Shown piece by piece: positions 1-7,749 of a stretch of 64,000 nucleotides of DNA. The stretch's first letter is position 1, and every line of letters begins with the position of its first letter. The position numbers and the translations under genes are program-made. The DNA is from Bacteroidota bacterium (lineage in GTDB: Bacteria; Bacteroidota; Bacteroidia; Cytophagales; Cyclobacteriaceae): positions 2,764-66,763 of the forward strand of contig JAYVMP010000175.1 in NCBI GenBank assembly GCA_043758895.1, given 5' to 3'. The notes beneath the pieces are model-generated. The model was not told the origin of the DNA. It ran no database searches and was given only the letters and a program-made list of their open reading frames with translations.

Positions 1-176
1 ATGCCCCTGATTTCATTCAAATCCCGCTGAAATGTGCGTTTAGAAATGCTCAGTTCAATGTCCTTAATCTCAGATTCCCTCTCCAGGTAGTCGTTTATCT
101 CTTCAAAGGATGCGTTGCATTTTTGAAGTCGATAGATCACTCTTGAATAACGCAGGAAATAATTTCGCTTAGCCAT
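1..176 (-). CDS. WYL-domain transcriptional regulator, N-terminal wHTH part (runs off the window edge)
   Basis: Hand translation from the ATG at 176: MAKRNYFLRYSRVIYRLQKCNASFEEINDYLERESEIKDIELSISKRTFQRDLNEIRG. The S-x-R-T-F-x-R-D-L wHTH pattern is typical of Bacteroidota WYL (PafB/YafY-like) regulators. It starts 3 nt after the exonuclease stop. The WYL domain itself lies outside the window. Confidence 0.72.
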   Translation of the reverse strand, partial: MAKRNYFLRYSRVIYRLQKCNASFEEINDYLERESEIKDIELSISKRTFQRDLNEIRG

Positions 177-179
177 AAC

Positions 180-662
180 CTATTGCGTTTGACTGTTTAG
201 ATACTTTAAAAACAAAGTTGCGCAAGCCATCGCATCCGACAATGCGTTGTGATGGTCCAGTTCGATATTCTCCTGGTCGCAAAGTTTGTTTAATGACTTG
301 TTGAAAATACGATACGTGCAGTGCCCTTCAAATTCAGGCTCATCAATCCCATACCAGTTTAGTGTTTGCTTTAGGCATGCAAAATCAAAAGCGCTGTTGT
401 GCGCCACCACCCGTTGCTGACTTATGTAGCCTTCAATCAACGGCCAGACATCATCAAAAGTGGGCGCATGTCTTGTTGTATTCCAATCGATACCATGAAT
501 TGAAACGAAGCTTTTCCAATAGTAATTATCGGGCGGCTGGACCAGCAACTCCATCTTTGCTGTAACGTATCCATTGACTATCCTAACCAGCCCAACCTGG
601 CAAATACTCCACCGATATCCCTGAGCGGTTTCAAAATCGATGGCGGTAAAGGTCGGTTGCAT
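180..662 (-). CDS. DEDDh 3'-5' exonuclease (DNA Pol III epsilon-like, stand-alone)
   Basis: ExoI AIDFETA, ExoII VAHNSAFD, ExoIII HHNALSDA. Confidence 0.92.
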   Translation of the reverse strand: MQPTFTAIDFETAQGYRWSICQVGLVRIVNGYVTAKMELLVQPPDNYYWKSFVSIHGIDWNTTRHAPTFDDVWPLIEGYISQQRVVAHNSAFDFACLKQTLNWYGIDEPEFEGHCTYRIFNKSLNKLCDQENIELDHHNALSDAMACATLFLKYLNSQTQ

Positions 663-676
663 ATTGCAAGAAAATA

Positions 677-1741
677 TCAGGCCATGCGAAGGTTAAAGCC
701 AATCTTATTCTTTTGGCCTTCGAAATGAAAACCGGCATCGCTCGCACCATAAATATCTGCAAGCGTCATTGCCGCGGATACCTCATACTCTATTTTACCA
801 AGATCATCGAGCAAAGCTCTCGACTTTTCAATCGACAATGGCTTGAACTCGTAAAGAATTTTCAATCGCCCTTTCCGCAAGAGCGCCTTGTCAATATTTT
901 GAAGAGCTGTGTTGAAGGTGCAGATGAACTGTATGTTCAGGCTGGCACCAAGCAAACCATCGGTCAGGTTCAGCAGCATGGAAATTCTCGAATTGTTTTC
1001 GCGATCGCGGGAAGCTAACAGTCCTTCAGCATCTTCGATCACCACAATAGAATTAGGATTGTCCAAAATGGTTTCAATTATTTGTGGTGCGTCTAAATCG
1101 GCAGCCAGTTTCGGTGGGATGAAGATTACTTTCTTTGTTGAGTGATTGATCAGATGTCGGATGTAGGTTGACTTCCCCGTGCCCGGCTCGCCATGGAAAA
1201 GAACGAGTCCGCTTTCTTTCTTTTTTAGAAATCCATTGATCTTGGGATGGATCAAAAGCAGGTCTTCGTTATAATTTTTATTCAAAGAAAGCCGCAGTTT
1301 GGAATTTTTGATCCTTCTTAAGACTGTACTTTGTCCGATAGAGGTGACCATTGTTAAATTACCAGTTGACCTGCGCTTGGGGAATTTTTTTAGAGTTCTA
1401 AAAATGTTTTCGACTTGTTCATGGTTCCTGGAGAAAAGTATTTCTCCGGAATTGTCACTTTTATCGAGGTGCAACAAAATTTCTCCGGCCAGCAAATAGA
1501 TTACCCGATGGCTACTGTTTTTTGCTTCAAGGTGGGTTGATCTCGATATTATTTTATCGTTCAATTCACCATCAATCCAGGCAATTGCTTTCTTTATGTC
1601 GACTTGCTTGACCCGTAGCTCGCTTGGGATCGTTTGAAAAAACGAACAATAAAGTTTCTCTATACGAATGCCACCGTAAGGCTCAAAAATATTGTGTGAA
1701 TGTAATTTTGGGGCAGCTTTTAGCGCTGATAATTTTTCCAT
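677..1741 (-). CDS. AAA+ ATPase with uncharacterised N-terminal domain
   Basis: Walker A GEPGTGKS, Walker B VVIEDAE, SRH-like DKALLRKGRL. Confidence 0.9.
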   Translation of the reverse strand: MEKLSALKAAPKLHSHNIFEPYGGIRIEKLYCSFFQTIPSELRVKQVDIKKAIAWIDGELNDKIISRSTHLEAKNSSHRVIYLLAGEILLHLDKSDNSGEILFSRNHEQVENIFRTLKKFPKRRSTGNLTMVTSIGQSTVLRRIKNSKLRLSLNKNYNEDLLLIHPKINGFLKKKESGLVLFHGEPGTGKSTYIRHLINHSTKKVIFIPPKLAADLDAPQIIETILDNPNSIVVIEDAEGLLASRDRENNSRISMLLNLTDGLLGASLNIQFICTFNTALQNIDKALLRKGRLKILYEFKPLSIEKSRALLDDLGKIEYEVSAAMTLADIYGASDAGFHFEGQKNKIGFNLRMA

Positions 1742-1761
1742 GGCCTTGTGTTTTGTTTTTC

Positions 1762-1769
1762 AAAACTAC
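1762..1769 (-). promoter_or_regulatory. Bacteroidota sigma70 -7 element upstream of the AAA ATPase
   Basis: Minus strand TAGTTTTG matches TAnnTTTG, 20 nt before the ATG. No well-spaced -33 TTTG seen. Confidence 0.45.
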
Positions 1770-1807
1770 ATGGCGGGTGCGACAAAGGATGACGTTGAAT
1801 TTTTGGT

Positions 1808-2527
1808 TTACGTACATTTCCAGCGTTTGTACGCACGAAGAATCGAGTCTACATAATCTGGGTGTTTCATCTGTGTATTTGCCGGATGGTACACTTCAAG
1901 GAATAAACGTCCATTATCTATCCAAGCTCCCACCCCCGATTTCTTAAGTTCATCAAACTCTTTTATTTTATGCTTATTAGTCAATTTAAAAATTGACTCT
2001 TTATATAAGTGAAATGTACCGCCAAAAATCAAAATTGAAGGATTGAGCAAGTCTATCTGTTGTTTTAGAAAATTTTGAAATTCCTCAAAGCCTTTCTTAA
2101 GATTCGAAGCTGTTGTTCTTGAGTACGTTTGTGAAGGAAATTTATTTGCATTGATGATCGCAATTTGCTTAATAACATCACACATTGATGGATCCCCTTT
2201 AATATCATACATATCATTGTATGAGTCATAGTTATTTAGAATAGCATAACTACTATATATGATTGGATGCCATGTTTGAGTGGCTTTAAGTTTAAAAAAA
2301 TTATTATAGGCATCCTCCTGGCCATAATGTTTCTTGATATGAAATCCGTTTTCTTCAACGGTGTATGCCTCCTTTAAGAACCAAGCAATTTTAGGGTTGC
2401 TCCTAAAATACATTTTTGCCTTAACTAACCCATCTACTATGACCTTACCGTTGTACGAGCGCAAATCATTCTCCCAGGTTTTTACTTTTGTCTTGAATTC
2501 TTTAAAATCATCATAGAAATTTGTCAT
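1808..2527 (-). CDS. Hypothetical protein, probable uracil-DNA-glycosylase-like fold
   Basis: KIAWFLKEAY resembles UDG motif 1, QQIDLLNPSILIFGGT resembles the EI..I.P..I..LG element, and C-terminal YHPA resembles motif 2 (HPS). AT-rich gene. Confidence 0.55.
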   Translation of the reverse strand: MTNFYDDFKEFKTKVKTWENDLRSYNGKVIVDGLVKAKMYFRSNPKIAWFLKEAYTVEENGFHIKKHYGQEDAYNNFFKLKATQTWHPIIYSSYAILNNYDSYNDMYDIKGDPSMCDVIKQIAIINANKFPSQTYSRTTASNLKKGFEEFQNFLKQQIDLLNPSILIFGGTFHLYKESIFKLTNKHKIKEFDELKKSGVGAWIDNGRLFLEVYHPANTQMKHPDYVDSILRAYKRWKCT

Positions 2528-2679
2528 GAATTTTTGGGTTTGAATTCTATAAAATTAATATTTTCCATAATGGCTTGAAAGAAATGTTCAAAGAAAATGT
2601 GAGAGTGATTGTTTTATCCAATTTGTTTAGGGCTTGATCAATATTCAACTACAGCATTTAGCTATGATTCAAACTCTCA

Positions 2680-3116
2680 TTAACCGATCTTTGCCGTTTG
2701 GCTCTCGAATATGTGAACCTCAAATCTCACATCGGTGATTTTGAAAATATCATCTCGTCTGAAGCGATTGGAATGATTCCATAAACTATGCATGGTATAA
2801 CACCACTTTTGATTTATGTCAGGAAAGCCATGTTCAGACCAATCCTCATCAAAGCCAAAGGGAGATCCTTTATCAAAACTATTTCTGCGAATATCTTGCA
2901 CATAAAAATAGCGTGGTCGTGAGATTTATAATGAAGTGAAATAATTACTTCAATGCAGTCTAAATTCTTATTTTGTTTTTTCAGGGCTTTAGACATATGC
3001 GTTTCATGAGCATTTAAAAGAACCTTGCAACGCGCCAGAAGTTGCTTTTCTTTTGCTGCAATAATCTGCTTTAATTTTTTAAGGAACTCTACCTGATGTT
3101 TATTTAGTCCATTCAT
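2680..3116 (-). pseudogene. Single hypothetical gene (~145 aa) split by a 1-nt frameshift
   Basis: ORFs 2814-3116 and 2680-2901 overlap. One extra T in the T5 run (plus-strand A5 at 2904-2908) joins them as ...HDHAIF-YVQDIRRN...; 437 nt + 1 = 438 nt, divisible by 3. Confidence 0.5.
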
Positions 3117-3142
3117 TCGTAATATTCAGTTACTCACATCAG

Positions 3143-3270
3143 TGGAAATTCCGGGCTGGGTGACCACTTCTTTTCGCGACCTTGAAATAATCTTAAACGA
3201 CTGATAATGAGCGTTTATTGGTGGTCACCTTTGTGACGGAAAAAACTGGTCAGGCTCAACGGAATTTCCA
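3143..3270. repeat. Nested inverted repeats (long hairpin or cruciform)
   Basis: TGGAAATTCCG 3143-3153 / CGGAATTTCCA 3260-3270; GGTGACCAC 3159-3167 / GTGGTCACC 3221-3229; TAAACG 3194-3199 / CGTTTA 3212-3217. Confidence 0.6.
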
Positions 3271-3340
3271 GTCGAGTCTACTTAATTGATGGAAACGACA
3301 GTATCCTCTGTGCTTCTACTTTTATATAAAATGTAAAAAA

Positions 3341-3385
3341 AGTGGGTGAAAGTGGTAGGAAGTGGTTAAAATTTACCTATTTTTG
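3341..3385 (+). promoter_or_regulatory. dcw promoter with three MraZ-type direct-repeat boxes
   Basis: AGTGG at 3341, 3351 and 3361 (10-bp period, like the GTGGG MraZ boxes), followed by the -7 element TATTTTTG at 3378-3385. Confidence 0.75.
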
Positions 3386-3415
3386 CTTAGGAGGAAAAGA
3401 CAACCACTACCGTCT

Positions 3416-3859
3416 ATGACTTTCTTCACCAGTGAATATGAATGTAAACTTGATGCCAAGGGCAGGCTTGTGCTGCCTGCACGGATCAAAAACCAGCTTC
3501 CCGAAGGGGACAGCCAGGAGTTGGTCATTCGCAAAGGTTTCGAGCAATGCCTCATCATTTACCCTTTGGTGGAGTTCAAAAAGGTCTTCTCAAAAATTTC
3601 AGGGTTAAACGAATTCAACGAAGAGTACCGCAAGCTCCAGCGCAACTTTTTGTCGGGCGTGGTCACCGTAGAGTTGGACGGCAATGGGCGTTTTCTGCTG
3701 CCAAAAAACATGTTGACTTACGCCAATATCGACAAAGAGGTACTGCTGGTAGGAACCGGCACGAAGGTGGAAGCATGGAACCCCGCTATTTATGAGAAGC
3801 ACCAAATTCAAGATCCCGGTGAATTGTCGAAACTGGCTGAGAAGTACCTCAACGAGTAG
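3416..3859 (+). CDS. mraZ: Division/cell-wall cluster transcriptional repressor MraZ
   Basis: MTFFTSEYECKLDAKGRLVLP and ELDGNGRFLLP (two AbrB-like repeats); first gene of the dcw cluster. ATG at 3416 preferred over the 3362 start of the ORF track. Confidence 0.97.
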   Translation: MTFFTSEYECKLDAKGRLVLPARIKNQLPEGDSQELVIRKGFEQCLIIYPLVEFKKVFSKISGLNEFNEEYRKLQRNFLSGVVTVELDGNGRFLLPKNMLTYANIDKEVLLVGTGTKVEAWNPAIYEKHQIQDPGELSKLAEKYLNE

Positions 3860-3934
3860 CATCTGTAAAGTAGCTATGAGTTAAGCGCAATGGCCGCGGG
3901 TTATTTGGGTTTTCAACCTTGAACTTTAGTTGAC

Positions 3935-4084
3935 ATGAAGAATTTTAAGAAGCTGAAGATATGGCAAAAGGCTATTGACCTGTTGAGCTATGGTGTTAAA
4001 GAGTCACGAGCCCTAATCCTATCTGGAGTTGATGAAGTGCAGAAGATGATCCAAAGCTTTATCATAACGGTGGAAAGCAGATGA
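3935..4084 (+). pseudogene. Internally deleted four-helix-bundle protein (23S rRNA IVS/TIGR02436-like) remnant, 49 aa
   Basis: MKNFKKLKIWQKAIDL (family N-terminus) joined to ...DEVQKMIQSFI (family C-terminus). Its TGA overlaps the rsmH ATG (ATGA). Confidence 0.72.
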
Positions 4085-5010
4085 CTCAAGGCGCGCGGCC
4101 CGAAACTCGAAGCTATCACAACCCCGTTATGCTCAGCGAGTGCATCGAAGCACTGAACATTATTCCGGAAGGCATCTATGTGGATGCAACTTTCGGGGGA
4201 GGTGGGCATAGTTTAGCCTTGTTGGGGAAGCTAAAAGGTGGAAGGCTGATTGCTTTCGATCAGGATGAAGACGCAAAGAAGGAAGCAGGGAAAATACAAC
4301 ATCGTTCTTTTACATTTTGTCAGGCCAACTTCCGATACATGAAGCAGTATTTGAAGTTGAATGAGGTAACTAAAGTCAATGGAATATTGGCCGATTTGGG
4401 AGTTTCATCGCACCAGATTGATTCAGCAGCGCGTGGGTTTTCTACCCGCTTTGATGGGCCACTCGATATGCGAATGGATCAGCGGGCGAAGTTAACTGCG
4501 GCAAAAATCCTGAATGAATACAGTGAAACGGAATTGCATAAAATTTTTGGAATGTATGGTGAGTTGAAAAATGCAAAGACTGCGGCAAAGAAAGTCGTTG
4601 AGCAAAGGAAGAAGAGCCCTATGAAAACAACACTCGACTTGAAAACGACTTTAAGCCCTATTGCCCCCCGAGGCAAGGAGCATAAATATTTCGCCCAGGT
4701 GTTTCAGGCATTGCGCATCGAAGTAAATCAGGAGATGCAGGCACTTGAAGATTTTTTGCACCAATGTGGCGATGGGATGGAGAGGGGAGGAAGATTGGTC
4801 GTGGTGAGTTATCATTCGTTGGAGGACAGATTAGTGAAGAGCTACATCAACACCGGTAAAATGTTTGGCGAGGTGGACAAAGATTTTTTTGGAAATAAGA
4901 TAAAACCTTTTGAAGCAGTGAATCGAAAACCAATAGGGGCTTCAGAAGAAGAAATAGAAGAGAATAATAGAGCAAGGAGCGCGAAGTTGAGAGTGGCTGA
5001 AAAAAGTTAA
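4081..5010 (+). CDS. rsmH: 16S rRNA m4C1402 methyltransferase
   Basis: HNPVML, DATFGGGGHS, DLGVSSHQID, YHSLEDRLVK, NNRARSAKLR. Confidence 0.98.
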   Translation: MTQGARPETRSYHNPVMLSECIEALNIIPEGIYVDATFGGGGHSLALLGKLKGGRLIAFDQDEDAKKEAGKIQHRSFTFCQANFRYMKQYLKLNEVTKVNGILADLGVSSHQIDSAARGFSTRFDGPLDMRMDQRAKLTAAKILNEYSETELHKIFGMYGELKNAKTAAKKVVEQRKKSPMKTTLDLKTTLSPIAPRGKEHKYFAQVFQALRIEVNQEMQALEDFLHQCGDGMERGGRLVVVSYHSLEDRLVKSYINTGKMFGEVDKDFFGNKIKPFEAVNRKPIGASEEEIEENNRARSAKLRVAEKS

Positions 5011-5071
5011 TCGTTAAATAGTGAATGGGATGTTTAACTAATAATTAATAATCAATAACGGATAACCAACT

Positions 5072-5464
5072 ATGGCGGAAAACAAAATCAGAACAGAACC
5101 CGATCGTACCAACGAAGTACGTATCCGGCCAGCGCAAAGCAATGGCAAGAGTGCGTTCTCGGGTTTGGAAAAACGATTGAAACTCGAATCCTATTTTGAG
5201 GAAGGCTTCCCGGTGCAATACCTCCCCAAGATTTTGTTCGTTATTTTTTTAGGATTGCTCTACATCAGCAACACGCACTATGCCGACAAGACCACACGCA
5301 CTATTGATAGAGCCCAAAGTGAAGTAGAAGATTTGCGTGCCGACTTTACTACACTCAAAGCCGATGTCATGTTTGCCAGTAAACAAAGTGAAGTCGCTAG
5401 AAGGGTAAAGTCAATGGGGTTGGAGGAAAGTTTGAGCCCGCCTTTTAAGATAGCCGTAAAATAA
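5072..5464 (+). CDS. ftsL: FtsL-like cell division protein
   Basis: One TM segment (ILFVIFLGLLYI) plus a coiled coil; lies between rsmH and ftsI. Confidence 0.8.
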   Translation: MAENKIRTEPDRTNEVRIRPAQSNGKSAFSGLEKRLKLESYFEEGFPVQYLPKILFVIFLGLLYISNTHYADKTTRTIDRAQSEVEDLRADFTTLKADVMFASKQSEVARRVKSMGLEESLSPPFKIAVK

Positions 5465-5574
5465 ATAGTAGGCAGTAAGAAGTACACCAGATTAAGGATT
5501 AGATAAATTATTGAAATGACCTGTTTTAAACTGACACTAAATTATAAATCTTCTCTCCTGTTGAGGGATTAGGT

Positions 5575-7665
5575 ATGAATATCAAAAAGTCCATATTAAT
5601 AAGAGTACGCATAGCTTTTTTAGGTGTAGTAATTTTTGCCCTCTGTGTCGGTGCCAAGATTGGCCATATTCAAATCGCAGAAGGTGAGAAGTGGTCGAAG
5701 ATGGCAGAAGAAACGATGTTCGACTATAAAAAAGTGTCCGCCACGCGTGGCAACATTTATTCCGACAACGGAAGTTTGCTCGCTACTTCATTGCCTTTCT
5801 ATAAAGTGGCAATGGACCCCACGCTGCCGAGAGAAGAAGTATTCAAAAAGGGAATTGATTCGCTCGCCTTTCTCCTGGCCCGGTTTTACAAAGACCGCTC
5901 AGCCAAAGAATACAAGGAGATGTTGAAGGACGCGCGCACTTCAGGAAAGCAATACCTCACCATCAGCCGCAAACAAATCAATTATCAAGCGAAGAAGGAA
6001 GTAGCCTCTTGGCCGATCTTCCGTGAAGGAAGATACAAAGGTGGGGTGATTTTCGAAAAAATGGATGTGCGCTATCGTCCATTTTCAAACCTTAGCCGCA
6101 GAACAATTGGATTTGTAAACGAAGATCAAAAAGGCGCGGGCCTTGAATATAGTTTTAATGCGGCACTGGGCGGACAAGATGGTGAGGCGCTCTTTCAAAA
6201 AATCGCTGGCGGGGTCTGGAAGCCTGTGTTTGATGGCAACAATATCCGTGCTGTGGATGGCATGGACATTCAAACAACGATTGATATCAACCTTCAAGAC
6301 GTTGCCGAGACTTCTTTGTTTGAAGCCATGCGCTCGCACGATGCGGATGAAGGCACAGTAGTGGTGATGGAAGTGAAGACGGGTTTCATCAAAGCAATTT
6401 CAAACCTGAGCAAAGACGGTGATGGCGACTATACGGAAAAACTCAACCATGCCGTTGGCGGGTTGTTTGAGCCAGGCTCGACCTTCAAGTTGGTAACGAT
6501 GATGGCGTTGCTCGAGGAAACCAATATTCAATTGACCGACACGATCAATACAGGAAAAGGCGAGTTCACTTTTTATAACAAAAAAGTTCGCGATCATGAA
6601 GAAGGTGGTTATGGACGCATTTCTGTACGTGATGCATTTCAGCGTTCGTCCAACATTGCGATGGCTAAGTTGCTCGACAAACATTTTGGAACAAAGCCTG
6701 AAAAGTTTTTGAATTATGTAGATGAACTGAAATTATCAAAACCGTTGGGCTTGCAAATCAATGGCGAATTATATCCAAAGATCACGCGTCCTAAAGATAA
6801 AAATTGGAGTGGCATTACCTTGCCGTGGATGGCGTATGGGTATGGATTTGAAATTTCTCCACTGCATACCCTTGCGATTTATAATGCGATAGCCAATGAC
6901 GGCAAAATGATCAAGCCGATTTTTGTAACAGCCGTAAGGCAAGCGGAGAACACGATTACCACCTTCGAGACGGAGACATTGAATTCAAAAGTGTGCGCTA
7001 CCAAAACATTGGATCAACTCAAGCTCTTGCTGGAGGGGGTTGTTGAATATGGCACGGCAAAAAATTTAAGGAACTCCTATTACCGCATCGCGGGTAAAAC
7101 CGGAACGGCACAGATATTAAAAGACGGTCATTATGAAAAAAAATACATCACTTCGTTTGTCGGTTATTTTCCGGCCCATGCGCCTAAGTATTCCGCCATC
7201 GTGCTGATAAAAAACCCGAAAGGAATTTATCAGTACGGCAACAGTGTAGCGGGCCCGGTGTTCAAAGATATTGCCGATAATATTTATGCGCGTGACCTCA
7301 GTTTGCATTTGGCGATGGAGAAAAAGAAAGTCACCGAGCCAGGTGTTGTTCCTGTTGTGCGCGCGGGCAAGCACGAAGACGTAGCCCTGTTGTGTAACGA
7401 ACTGGGGGTTTCCAATCATTCAGCGACTGATGAAGAATGGGTTAGGGCTTCCAAAGAAGCAAGTTCAATCGTTCTAAAGAAAAATACGATCATAAAAGAC
7501 CTGGTTCCCAATGTAACCGGAATGACTTTTCGTGATGCCATTTATTTGTTAGAGAAATCCGGCATGCGTGTGTACTTCGATGGCAAGGGCCGGGTAGTTG
7601 AGCAATCACTAGGGCCGGGTACTCGGTTTTCAAAAGGAACCAGGATTCATTTAAAGTTAAGTTGA
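5575..7665 (+). CDS. ftsI: Septal class B PBP (transpeptidase) with C-terminal PASTA domain
   Basis: RGNIYS, STFK (SxxK), SSN (SxN), KTGT; PASTA-like VPNVTGMTFRDA. Confidence 0.95.
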   Translation: MNIKKSILIRVRIAFLGVVIFALCVGAKIGHIQIAEGEKWSKMAEETMFDYKKVSATRGNIYSDNGSLLATSLPFYKVAMDPTLPREEVFKKGIDSLAFLLARFYKDRSAKEYKEMLKDARTSGKQYLTISRKQINYQAKKEVASWPIFREGRYKGGVIFEKMDVRYRPFSNLSRRTIGFVNEDQKGAGLEYSFNAALGGQDGEALFQKIAGGVWKPVFDGNNIRAVDGMDIQTTIDINLQDVAETSLFEAMRSHDADEGTVVVMEVKTGFIKAISNLSKDGDGDYTEKLNHAVGGLFEPGSTFKLVTMMALLEETNIQLTDTINTGKGEFTFYNKKVRDHEEGGYGRISVRDAFQRSSNIAMAKLLDKHFGTKPEKFLNYVDELKLSKPLGLQINGELYPKITRPKDKNWSGITLPWMAYGYGFEISPLHTLAIYNAIANDGKMIKPIFVTAVRQAENTITTFETETLNSKVCATKTLDQLKLLLEGVVEYGTAKNLRNSYYRIAGKTGTAQILKDGHYEKKYITSFVGYFPAHAPKYSAIVLIKNPKGIYQYGNSVAGPVFKDIADNIYARDLSLHLAMEKKKVTEPGVVPVVRAGKHEDVALLCNELGVSNHSATDEEWVRASKEASSIVLKKNTIIKDLVPNVTGMTFRDAIYLLEKSGMRVYFDGKGRVVEQSLGPGTRFSKGTRIHLKLS

Positions 7666-7749
7666 AAAATAATGAGCCCATGTTTAATGCATCGATGCGA
7701 CAAGGCAGCAGGAATGATAAACTAATTTGACAAGTTTGATAGTTGTGAA

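Noticed and set aside
1779-1797. Possible WYL operator TGCGACA-N5-TGACGTT upstream of the AAA gene
   Set aside because: Only 4 of 7 positions are dyad-symmetric, which is too weak to call without comparative data.
3141-3157. GTGGAAATTCCGGGC resembles the RNase P RNA P4 5' strand (GAGGAAAGUCCGGGC)
   Set aside because: No matching 3' P4 strand or other RNase P core was found, and the spacer is too short for rnpB.
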